From Oscillospiraceae bacterium (lineage in GTDB: Bacteria > Bacillota > Clostridia > Oscillospirales > Oscillospiraceae): a stretch of DNA of 64,000 nucleotides. The stretch covers positions 71,047 through 135,046 of the forward strand of contig JAGBIE010000014.1 in NCBI GenBank assembly GCA_017935145.1, read 5' to 3'. A program made the translations under genes and the position numbers. The notes below the pieces were generated by a model, which was not told where the DNA came from, did not search any database, and saw nothing but the letters and a program-made list of their open reading frames with translations. This document shows, one piece after another, positions 54,227-62,760 of the stretch (its first letter is position 1; each line of letters opens with the position of its first letter).

Positions 54227-57200
54227 TTGAGAAAAGCGCTTTTCCTGGTCCTCACTCTGGTAACAATTGTTGCCTGCCTCACTGGCCTTGCCATGGCAGT
54301 AGACAAGCCCACCACTGTTGAGGAATCTGCTGCTACTTGGAAAGCAGTGGAAAACACTAGTGGTACTGTATCCTATTTTGCTGCGCTGAATAACAGTGTT
54401 GCAAGCTGGGCAGTAGAAGTTGACGGTGGTGTAACCTTCACCTTGTTGGAGGACTTCACTGGCAACGCCTATGTAGAATTCCCCAACACTTGGGTCGTTG
54501 AAAATCATCCCATTGTTTTGGATCTCAATGGCCATTGCATTACCAATACTGGCACAAGTCAGGCATTCTTGCTGAAGGGCCATGGTGATCTGACCATTAA
54601 GAATGGTACTATCGTCCAGAACATTACTGCCCGTGCCATCGGCATTGGTTACAGCAGTAGCTATTTGACTGATACCAACGGCGATTACTACAAGGGCATT
54701 GTGACTTTGGAAAACATGTTCCTGTATGGTCCTAAGACCGATGCCAATGGTGGTATCATTGAGTCTAAATATAAACTGGTTGATCTTACTCTGAACAACT
54801 CTTATATTTGGTCTTCTTATAAGTCTACGAATCATCCTGAAGGTTACGGTGTGATTCAGTTTGACAATGCGGAAACGCTCAACGTTACCGTAAACAACTC
54901 TGTCATTGGCGGTACCAATGGTGCCTTCCGTCAGGCTTCTGGCGTGATGAATCTCACCTTTAACAATGCGGTAATTGTAAACAATTTCTATTCCCGTGTT
55001 GCTTTCGGTGGCGGTACTACCTATATCAATGGTGATACCAGCAAGAACTCCAATGGTCCATACGTTTACTGTTGGAGTACTGCGCCCACCGCTACCCGTG
55101 CAGATGATGACAAGGACGTTCTTCTGCCCAATGGTGTTAAGATTGTTGCTGCTACCGAAGGCGAAAACTTCCGTTCCGCAGTCTGGGGTACAGCAACTAC
55201 GTCCGCTGCTCCTGCTACCACTACTGCTGATGCAGCAACTTACATGGCAGTTAGCTCTGCAGGTACTGTGTATTTTGAAAATTTCACTACCGATGTTGCA
55301 AACTGGGCATCCACAGTGCCCGGCGGTGTGACTTTCTACCTGTTGAAGGATGCTACTCACTCTAATGCAGTAGTCTTCCCCTCCACTTGGATGATGGAAA
55401 ACCCCGTCACCTTGGATCTCAATGGTCACACCCTGACCAGCGATGCCAGCCAAGCTGACTTCTCTTTGTATGGCGATGGCGTTTTCACTGTGCAGAATGG
55501 TGTTTACAAGCACAATGGCAGTGGTCAGATGTTCACTGTCGGTGGTACTAGTGCCAGCACAGCGGCTAAAGACGGCACATTGATGAATATTGTTACTGTG
55601 AATGTTAGAAATGCATTCCTGCACCATACTAAAGAAGGCGCTGCATATAGTGACCTGGTTCTTTGGTCCGTTTATAACAGACCCGTTGTGAACGTAGAGA
55701 ACTCTGTGATTTGGTCTGAGACCAACGCATTTGGTTGCAACATGCGTTTTGAGCAGCTGGTTTGGCTCAATTTCAATGTGAAAGACTCCATCATTGGTAA
55801 CAGCGGTGATTCTACCTCTGGTATTATCTCTCAGGCAAAACCCGCCAACTCCGCTGCGGATTTTGTTATGAATGGCGTCCTCACCTTTGAGAACTCCGTG
55901 ATTGCTACCTCTGACGGCACCTTACAGCGTGCTGGTTGGCGTGTGAATGTCAACGGCTTCCAGTGGGGTGCAGGTCAAGATCCCGTCGATATGACTTTGG
56001 CAGGCGGTACTCTTTTGGATGCTTGGTCTGGCACTGCCCCCGATGGCACTGCTATTTCCAACCTGAAGGCACAAAGCTTTGGTGATGCCCCTGTAGTCAC
56101 GCTGAATAGCAATGTCATCTTTAAGATGGCTGATGGTCAGTTCATCTCTGCTGTGGAAGCTCCTGTTGGTAGCACTGTTACTGTGTCTGCTTCCGATATC
56201 GCAGTAGGGGAGGGACAGGTTGCTGGCTGGAACACCATGGCTAATGGTAGTGGCGTGTCCTATATTGCTGGCGACAATGTTGCTGTTGGCACTACGCTGT
56301 ACCCCTGCGCTGTGGATGTTCGCACCATCACCTTTGAAACCGCTGGTGGCACAGCAGTGGATGCTATCGTCAAAAAGGTTGGCGACGCTGTAATTGCTCC
56401 CGCTAACCCCACTAAGACTGGTTATCAGTTTGCAGGTTGGGACGTAGATGTTCCCGCTGTCATGCCTGCAGAAAATATGACCATTACTGCTTCTTGGTCT
56501 CCCATTAACTACACCGTAGAATTCAACGCCAACGGTGGTGACGGCGAAGTTCCCAATTCCCTGTACATGACCTATGATATTGCAGATGAACTGCCCGATA
56601 CAGTGCTGACCATGGATCGTAAGCTCTTCGCAGGCTGGAACACTGCTGCAGACGGCAATGGTGAATCCTATGCAGTTGGTGACTCTGTCAACAATTTGAC
56701 CGATGTCAATGGCGATGTTGTCACACTCTACGCTGTTTGGATTGACGATCCCACTGCGGATGCTCCCACTTCTTGCGACAAGACTGTTGCAAACTTCAAG
56801 TTGACCGTTCCCGTAGTTCCCGGCAAGGTCTTCTACTATGAAACTCTTTCTGCTGACGTCATCAACTGGGCTGTTACCGTTGGTGGTGGCGTGAAAATTG
56901 AAGCTCTGAGAAATGTTTCCCTTGCTGAAACTGTCGTATTCCCCGCAGACTGGAATGGCGCTAACCCCATTGTCATCGATCTGAATGGTACCACCATTAG
57001 CAATGGTGCTGCCAACACCATGTTCCTGCTCAATGGTAATGGCTCCTTGACAATCAAAAATGGTTATGTGAAGAACAATCAGGCGACTGTGACATTCACC
57101 CTTGGCGTGAGTGGCACTCAGCAGGATGGCACCGGCGCATACTATCATCCCGCTCTGACCTTTGAAAATGCTGTAGTTGTTCACGAAGCAGGTAGTGCTG

Positions 57201-60200
57201 CTACCATTTACAACTATCTCGCAGGTGCTGATATTACCATGAACAACAGTATCCTGTGGACTTCCAAGGCTGCTAATTACAACCTTGCTACTATCGTGGC
57301 TGTGAACAACCTTGGTTCTGGAGCTGGTATTACCTCCACAGATAGAACCACCTTGGTTCGTTTGACTGACTCTATTTGCGGTGGTGCATACAGCCGTGTC
57401 ATTCATGCAAACACCTCTGGCTTCGCAGGCCGTATTGAAATTCATGCGGATAACTCTGCCTTTGTTACTGCTAAGCTTGGCGATCCTTATATGAACATGG
57501 CTGTCGGCGGTATTATCGCCCGTAACACCAACTTTATCTTCCTCAATGGCAAGCAGGTTGACACTAGCAAGGGTTGGGAGTTTAACGGTGACCATGCTCC
57601 CTTTGCTGAATTGGGCAATGTTGAAGTGGTTGATGACTGGGCAGGCACCTTGCCTGATGGCACTGCCATTGCAGGTACTGCAACCACTGTTGGCACTTCT
57701 GTGACTACCACGAATATTGCCTACACCGTGATTTACGATGCAAACGGTGGCGAAGGCACTGTGGCTTCCACCAACGGTTTGAACTCTGTCGCTGTTGCTG
57801 CAGATGGCGCTGCTCTTGCTCCTTCTGGCAAGGTCTTCAAAGAATGGAACACCCATGCCGATGGTACTGGCACTTCCTATGCTGCCGGCGAAAATGTGCC
57901 TCATGGTGGCGTGCTGTACGCACAGTATGAAGTAGATTACAGCTCTGTTGCTCCTACTCAGAGCGGCAGCGTTTACAACGCTTCCTTCATGATTAAGCCT
58001 GCTGGCTCTACGCAGGAACTTTACTACGATGCCTTGACCGCTGAAGTGGTCAACTGGATGATCACTGTTCCTGGTGGTGTTGAGGTCAAGGTGCTGAAAG
58101 AGGTCTCTTTGACAGCATCTGTCACATTCCCCACTAGCTGGGATAAGGCCAACCCCGTTGTGATTGATTTGAATGGTCATACCATTACCAACGCTTCTGG
58201 TGCGGCTATGTTCCAGGTTCTCGGCAACGGTACCTTGACAATCAAAAATGGTTATGTGAAGAACCTCCAGAACGCACAGATGATTACCTTGGGTGCTGCA
58301 CCTGTTGAAGCTGTTGTGGCTGGTACTGCATTTGCATCTCAGTTGGATGGCAGTGGCGTACCCTACAAGCCCTATGTGAACATTACCAACGCAGTGTTCT
58401 ACTCTGAAGCAGTGGGTAGCAGTGTTCCCATTATCTACAACTACCAGGCTGGTGCAGATATTAACCTGACCAACAGTATTCTGTGGCTTGCTAAGGTTCA
58501 GGTCTACAACGAAGGCGTTATCATGTGCATGAATAACGTTGGCTCTACTAATGCTCCCAATGGTGCTGACAGAACTACCTTCATTCGCTTGAACTCCTCT
58601 GTTTTGGGTGGCGCACACAGCCGTGCAATTCAGGCAATGAATGGCGGATATTATGGCCGTGTTGAAATTCATGCCTATAGTGCAGCCTTTGTTACTGCCA
58701 AGAATGGCGCTCCCTATCAGAACATGGGTGATGCCGTTGGTATGATTGAACGTGGTGCTTCTTGGGTTTTCATTAAAACTTCCAAAACTGGCAACTCCTA
58801 TAAGCAGATTACAGACATGAGTACAAAGCTGAATGCTGCGCATCCCGAAGTTGCAGAAATTGGTGGCGTTGTGGTTACCGATTGGGCTGGCACTCTGCCC
58901 GATGGCACTGCCATTACTGGTTCTGCTTCCGTCTTTGACGGTGGTGTGACCTCCGTTAATGTTCCCTACGTTGTGACCTATGATGCCAATGGTGGCACGG
59001 GCACTGTTGCTCCCACCAACGGCAATAACATGGTTGCAACTGCAGCTTCTGCTGATGGTCTTACCAATGGTGATTTGGCCTTCCGTACTTGGAACACCAA
59101 GCCCGATGGTACTGGCGTTAACTACAGAGTTGGCGCAAATGTGCCTTATGGTGTAACGCTCTATGCAATCTGGGGCGATGATTTCCTGTCTAGCGCACCT
59201 GCTCAGGTTCCCGAAGCTGTTGCAAACTACAAGATTACCCTGAACGATACCCTTATCAGTGCTGTTCCTTTCTACTACGCAGAGCTGACTGAAGATGTCA
59301 TCAACTGGGTTGTGAGCGTTGACGGTGGTGCTACCATCACTATGCTCCGCGATCAGACCATCTCTAAGGAAATTGCATTCCCCTTTGGCTGGGATGCTTC
59401 CAACCCCATTGTCTTCGACTTGGGCAACAACACCTTGACCAACAATAACGCTAGCGAGAAGAGCTGGTCCTTCTTGGTCTATGGTAATGGTGATCTGACC
59501 ATTAAGAATGGTACTATGCACCAGATCAACAGCGCTCACGCTGTGAACTTGGGTCGTTACAGTAATCAGACAACTGATGCTGAAGGCAATCCCTACAGCG
59601 CAAAGCTGACCATGGAAAACGTATTCGTTTACGGCTCCAAGGTTGACTCCAACGTTCCTCTGATTGAAACCAAGTTCAATAATATTGAAATCGTACTGAT
59701 CAATTCTATCGTTTGGTCCGCTAACAGAGATACCACTGGCGGTCATGGCGCTATCACCTTTGATAATGGTGTGAACCTGACTATGACCATGGAAGGCTCC
59801 GTTATTGCTGGCGCAAACCGTGGTATTAAACCCTCTGGTAACCTTGATCTGACCATCAGCAACTCTGCTGTTGTTGGTCTGGTTGGCACTAGCGGTGTTG
59901 CTGGTGCTAACGGCGCAACCGTTTCCATCAATGGTACTGAAGGCATGAACTGGAAGTTTGGTACTGATGCAGGCGGTGTCAAGAAGGATCCTTGGGCCAC
60001 AGTGCTTCCCAACGGTGTTGCAGTTTCTGGTATTGCAACCGTTTACGGTACTGTACCCAACGCTTCTCCCGAAACTGTTCCCGCAGCCAATGCTGCTATC
60101 AGTGCTGTAACTGCAACTGGTAACACGGTCTACTTCGCTGGTTTGGATACCAACGTTGCTACTTGGGCAGCATCTGTTCCCGGTGGCGTAACGCTCACCC

Positions 60201-62536
60201 TGTTGAAAGACATCGAACTGTCTTCTCAGGTAAGCTTCAACGGCATGAGCGCAGATAGTCCTGTTGTGATTGACCTGAACGGCTTCACCATGACTCACAC
60301 TGCTTCTGGTATCGGCATCTACACTGGCGGTACTCCCGACCTTACTGTTAAGAACGGTACCTATATCAGCAACGGCGGCATCCGTGCCTTCTGCATCGGC
60401 GGTTCTCAGACTACAGATTCTGCTAAGCTTACTCTGGAGAATGCCTTTGTTTATGGTCCCGTGACGAATACCAATCAGCCCCTTATTGACATCTACTACA
60501 CGGATATTACCTTGAATATCCTCAACTCTGTTGTTTGGTCCGCCAACACAGAAACCGGTGGCGGTCAGGGTAGTATCACCTTTGGTTACGCAACTACTGC
60601 TGCAGTCACTTTGGAGAACTCCATCGTAAACGGTCCCAACCGAGCCTTTAGAATTACCACTGGTACCACGAATCTTACTGTGACCGATTCTGCAATTGTG
60701 ACCCTTGCTAGCGGCAATCAATATGTCGTTGGTGGTAATGGTTCTATTAGCATCAATGGCGGCAACACTTTGACTTGGCCTCTGTTTAGTCAGGCTGGTG
60801 CTACCTCCATCGTCAGCCCCTGGAATGCAACCCTGCCCAACGGTGTTGAGGTCACTGGTCATGCGGCAATCTTCGGTTCTGCTCCCTCTGGCGCATTGCA
60901 GACCAATCCCGTTGCAACAGTTGGCGGTGTTGAATACAACACTCTTGCTGCTGCAATCGCTGCTGCAGAGGAGAATGCTGTAATTACTCTTCTGCGCAAT
61001 GCTGAAGGCGGTCCTGTCTCCCTTGAAAAGTCCCTGACCTTGGACTTCGGTGGCTATACCTACTCGGTAACCACTCCTGAGGAAGGCGTTTACAGCGCCA
61101 TGACCATTGCCGAAGGCGTAACGGTCACCTTGAGAAATGGTACCTTGGAAGTCGGTTCGGCGTACAAGGCATACTACGATGTGCTGGTGGATAACCTGGG
61201 TGCAGACCTGACCATCACTGACATGACTCTGGATGGCACCAACCTTGACCTCTTGGTTGGCACTACCACTGATGATTCCTATGTCCTTGCCAATGCTGGT
61301 GGCACGGTACTGATTTCCGGCGAAACCTACATTCTGGCAAATGACGAAGGTACTGGCTATGCATTTGACGTGTGCGGTACTGCCAATGTCACTGTTAACA
61401 CCACTGGTTATATTGATGGTTACATTGTTGTGGCTGACACTGCAAAGCTCACCATCAACTCTGGCTCCTACAGCAAGATTCCCAATGCTAAGTGGCTGCC
61501 CGCAGGTAAGGTTCCCGTCTCCAATGCAGATGGTAGCTTCTCCATGATGGACGGCGTCATAAAGAATACAATGTTCTCCTTGTCGCTGGAAGATTGGGTA
61601 CATGTAAACTTGTACACCATCTTCGAAGGTTATGCTGAAAGCTTTGTGGAAGACAATGGCGGTATGCTGGTATGGCACTCCGATGTGATGCCTGGTGATG
61701 CATTCTACGCCAATGCTGACTATGTGAGCGAAGCTCTCTACGCATCCACTAGCGCAGCTCGTGGTTACGGCGGTCAGTCCGACGGTATTCCCGTTGCTGA
61801 ATATGGTGACACCATTTACATGCGTGCTTACCTGAAACTGGCTGACGGCAACTACACCTACGGTCCTCTGGTTCAGTACAGCGTGCGTCAGTACTGCTTG
61901 AGCAGATTGGCCAACTCCACCTCTGCCGCAACTAAGGACGTTTGCGCTGCCATGCTGAACTACGGCGCTGCAGCACAGACCTACTTCAATGTAAACATCG
62001 ACAATCTGGCTAACGCTGGCGTTTCTCACAGCCTGAACGCTTGGAGCGATTCTCTCCTGACCGCTCTGGAGCCTGTGAACAGCAGTCTTGTTGCTGACGC
62101 CAAGGTTTCTGTGCTTGGTAAGTCCTTGTCCTTGAACGAAAAGGTCTATGCAAACTTCTACTATGATTACCTTGGCGCGGAAACCATCGAAACCGCATCC
62201 TTGCTGGTTTGGGACGGTGTCACTGAACAGCTGACTACCGAAAATGTTTCCTACACGGTTGACATGGAATCTCTGGTGGATGAAGAGACCGAAAACGTCT
62301 ACTACGGCGGTCAGTCTGAAGGCTTTATCTCCACTGAGTATGGCAAGACCATCTTTGTGTGCGCTAAGTTCACCGATTCTGAAGGTGTTGATCACTACAG
62401 TGAAGTGACAGCCTACAGCCCCGAAGCTTGGGCATCCAACAGACTGAACAGCGACGGCGTAACTGATGTTGAAACCGCACTCTGCAAGGCTCTTGTTCAG
62501 TATGGTGACTACGCAATCAAACTGTTCAGCAACTGA
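54227..62536 (+). CDS. giant secreted modular surface protein (about 2,769 aa)
   Basis: The likely start is TTG 54227, which places the signal peptide LRKALFLVLTLVTIVACLTGLAMA at the N-terminus. The ORF track ATG 54086 lies inside a hairpin. Contains seven related modules, three Listeria-Bacteroides-type repeat blocks and a duplicated C-terminal domain. No LPXTG, SLH or C-terminal TM anchor seen. Confidence 0.85.
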   Translation: MRKALFLVLTLVTIVACLTGLAMAVDKPTTVEESAATWKAVENTSGTVSYFAALNNSVASWAVEVDGGVTFTLLEDFTGNAYVEFPNTWVVENHPIVLDLNGHCITNTGTSQAFLLKGHGDLTIKNGTIVQNITARAIGIGYSSSYLTDTNGDYYKGIVTLENMFLYGPKTDANGGIIESKYKLVDLTLNNSYIWSSYKSTNHPEGYGVIQFDNAETLNVTVNNSVIGGTNGAFRQASGVMNLTFNNAVIVNNFYSRVAFGGGTTYINGDTSKNSNGPYVYCWSTAPTATRADDDKDVLLPNGVKIVAATEGENFRSAVWGTATTSAAPATTTADAATYMAVSSAGTVYFENFTTDVANWASTVPGGVTFYLLKDATHSNAVVFPSTWMMENPVTLDLNGHTLTSDASQADFSLYGDGVFTVQNGVYKHNGSGQMFTVGGTSASTAAKDGTLMNIVTVNVRNAFLHHTKEGAAYSDLVLWSVYNRPVVNVENSVIWSETNAFGCNMRFEQLVWLNFNVKDSIIGNSGDSTSGIISQAKPANSAADFVMNGVLTFENSVIATSDGTLQRAGWRVNVNGFQWGAGQDPVDMTLAGGTLLDAWSGTAPDGTAISNLKAQSFGDAPVVTLNSNVIFKMADGQFISAVEAPVGSTVTVSASDIAVGEGQVAGWNTMANGSGVSYIAGDNVAVGTTLYPCAVDVRTITFETAGGTAVDAIVKKVGDAVIAPANPTKTGYQFAGWDVDVPAVMPAENMTITASWSPINYTVEFNANGGDGEVPNSLYMTYDIADELPDTVLTMDRKLFAGWNTAADGNGESYAVGDSVNNLTDVNGDVVTLYAVWIDDPTADAPTSCDKTVANFKLTVPVVPGKVFYYETLSADVINWAVTVGGGVKIEALRNVSLAETVVFPADWNGANPIVIDLNGTTISNGAANTMFLLNGNGSLTIKNGYVKNNQATVTFTLGVSGTQQDGTGAYYHPALTFENAVVVHEAGSAATIYNYLAGADITMNNSILWTSKAANYNLATIVAVNNLGSGAGITSTDRTTLVRLTDSICGGAYSRVIHANTSGFAGRIEIHADNSAFVTAKLGDPYMNMAVGGIIARNTNFIFLNGKQVDTSKGWEFNGDHAPFAELGNVEVVDDWAGTLPDGTAIAGTATTVGTSVTTTNIAYTVIYDANGGEGTVASTNGLNSVAVAADGAALAPSGKVFKEWNTHADGTGTSYAAGENVPHGGVLYAQYEVDYSSVAPTQSGSVYNASFMIKPAGSTQELYYDALTAEVVNWMITVPGGVEVKVLKEVSLTASVTFPTSWDKANPVVIDLNGHTITNASGAAMFQVLGNGTLTIKNGYVKNLQNAQMITLGAAPVEAVVAGTAFASQLDGSGVPYKPYVNITNAVFYSEAVGSSVPIIYNYQAGADINLTNSILWLAKVQVYNEGVIMCMNNVGSTNAPNGADRTTFIRLNSSVLGGAHSRAIQAMNGGYYGRVEIHAYSAAFVTAKNGAPYQNMGDAVGMIERGASWVFIKTSKTGNSYKQITDMSTKLNAAHPEVAEIGGVVVTDWAGTLPDGTAITGSASVFDGGVTSVNVPYVVTYDANGGTGTVAPTNGNNMVATAASADGLTNGDLAFRTWNTKPDGTGVNYRVGANVPYGVTLYAIWGDDFLSSAPAQVPEAVANYKITLNDTLISAVPFYYAELTEDVINWVVSVDGGATITMLRDQTISKEIAFPFGWDASNPIVFDLGNNTLTNNNASEKSWSFLVYGNGDLTIKNGTMHQINSAHAVNLGRYSNQTTDAEGNPYSAKLTMENVFVYGSKVDSNVPLIETKFNNIEIVLINSIVWSANRDTTGGHGAITFDNGVNLTMTMEGSVIAGANRGIKPSGNLDLTISNSAVVGLVGTSGVAGANGATVSINGTEGMNWKFGTDAGGVKKDPWATVLPNGVAVSGIATVYGTVPNASPETVPAANAAISAVTATGNTVYFAGLDTNVATWAASVPGGVTLTLLKDIELSSQVSFNGMSADSPVVIDLNGFTMTHTASGIGIYTGGTPDLTVKNGTYISNGGIRAFCIGGSQTTDSAKLTLENAFVYGPVTNTNQPLIDIYYTDITLNILNSVVWSANTETGGGQGSITFGYATTAAVTLENSIVNGPNRAFRITTGTTNLTVTDSAIVTLASGNQYVVGGNGSISINGGNTLTWPLFSQAGATSIVSPWNATLPNGVEVTGHAAIFGSAPSGALQTNPVATVGGVEYNTLAAAIAAAEENAVITLLRNAEGGPVSLEKSLTLDFGGYTYSVTTPEEGVYSAMTIAEGVTVTLRNGTLEVGSAYKAYYDVLVDNLGADLTITDMTLDGTNLDLLVGTTTDDSYVLANAGGTVLISGETYILANDEGTGYAFDVCGTANVTVNTTGYIDGYIVVADTAKLTINSGSYSKIPNAKWLPAGKVPVSNADGSFSMMDGVIKNTMFSLSLEDWVHVNLYTIFEGYAESFVEDNGGMLVWHSDVMPGDAFYANADYVSEALYASTSAARGYGGQSDGIPVAEYGDTIYMRAYLKLADGNYTYGPLVQYSVRQYCLSRLANSTSAATKDVCAAMLNYGAAAQTYFNVNIDNLANAGVSHSLNAWSDSLLTALEPVNSSLVADAKVSVLGKSLSLNEKVYANFYYDYLGAETIETASLLVWDGVTEQLTTENVSYTVDMESLVDEETENVYYGGQSEGFISTEYGKTIFVCAKFTDSEGVDHYSEVTAYSPEAWASNRLNSDGVTDVETALCKALVQYGDYAIKLFSN
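56318..56740 (+). repeat. Listeria-Bacteroides (Flg_new-type) repeat block 1 (two units)
   Basis: ITFETAGGT...GYQFAGWD...ITASW, then YTVEFNANGGDG...FAGWNTAADGNG...VTLYAVW. Confidence 0.75.
57045..57076 (+). repeat. 32-nt exact DNA repeat, copy 1 (module 3)
   Basis: CCTTGACAATCAAAAATGGTTATGTGAAGAAC is identical to 58233-58264. Confidence 0.9.
57722..57928 (+). repeat. Listeria-Bacteroides repeat block 2
   Basis: YTVIYDANGGEG...FKEWNTHADGTGTSY...VLYAQY. Confidence 0.75.
58233..58264 (+). repeat. 32-nt exact DNA repeat, copy 2 (module 4)
   Basis: Identical to 57045-57076. Both encode LTIKNGYVKN. Confidence 0.9.
58967..59173 (+). repeat. Listeria-Bacteroides repeat block 3
   Basis: YVVTYDANGGTG...FRTWNTKPDGTGVNY...VTLYAIW. 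Confidence 0.75.
61571..62533 (+). repeat. tandem duplicated C-terminal domain of the giant protein (two units of about 150 aa)
   Basis: Unit a: FSLSLEDWVHVNLY...LVWHSDV...YGGQSDGIPVAEYGDTIYMRAY...NYGAAAQTYF. Unit b: KSLSLNEKVYANFYY...LLVWDGV...YYGGQSEGFISTEYGKTIFVCAKF...QYGDYAIKLF. Confidence 0.7.
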
Positions 62537-62559
62537 TTCGGATTGTGAGGTGTAATATC

Positions 62560-62697
62560 ATGAAAATTTTTGAAACTCCTAACATGGAAATTCAGAAGTT
62601 TGTTGTAGAGGACATCATGGATGGTTCCGGTGTTTTCGATAACGAAACAGAAGGTGACCTCATTCCCGATGGCCTGGAACTTGGTTTGAACGACTAA
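62560..62697 (+). CDS. 45-aa highly acidic peptide ORF
   Basis: GTGAGGTG RBS-like element 7 nt upstream. Product: MKIFETPNMEIQKFVVEDIMDGSGVFDNETEGDLIPDGLELGLND (12 D/E, 2 K). Lies 23 nt after the giant gene stop. Below the ORF-track cutoff. Confidence 0.45.
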   Translation: MKIFETPNMEIQKFVVEDIMDGSGVFDNETEGDLIPDGLELGLND

Positions 62698-62703
62698 ATG
62701 AAA

Positions 62704-62734
62704 ATTTCCCCGGGCGGTCTCCGCCCGGGGAAAT
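62704..62734. other. perfect 14-bp GC-rich hairpin after the peptide ORF
   Basis: ATTTCCCCGGGCGG TCT CCGCCCGGGGAAAT. There is an A-tract on the 5' side and no T-tract on the 3' side of the plus strand. Confidence 0.7.
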
Positions 62735-62760
62735 CTCCCATCTAGAAAGGAAAGGCGATT

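Larger units (their letters stand above)
54330..61500 (+). repeat. seven divergent copies of a 260-520-aa module (protein-level repeat)
   Basis: Each copy contains Y(F/Y)..L...V..W...V.GG(V/A)T...L.D, then P(I/V)V(L/I)DLNG(H/T)x(I/L)T, then G.G.LT(I/V)KNG, LEN.F(V/L)Y and NS(I/V)(I/L)WS. The DLNG-type anchors start at 54521, 55415, 56978, 58166, 59417, 60272 and 61043. Confidence 0.8.

Noticed and set aside
55922-62395. 2,157-aa ORF on the minus strand, plus the 485-aa ORF at 54170..55627, opposite the giant gene
   Set aside because: It is exactly codon-aligned with the sense gene, so its openness follows from the absence of sense TTA/CTA/TCA codons. Its composition is the mirror image of the sense protein. 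It has no convincing RBS or domain. The sense strand has a signal peptide and recognisable repeat families. I kept it only as a codon-bias observation.
62560-62697. Lasso-peptide precursor interpretation of the 45-aa peptide
   Set aside because: A Gly-to-Glu8 ring could be drawn (GSGVFDNE). However, the conserved Thr at leader position -2 is absent, and no cyclase, protease or PqqD-like genes are visible. I kept only the generic suggestion that it is a possible modified peptide.
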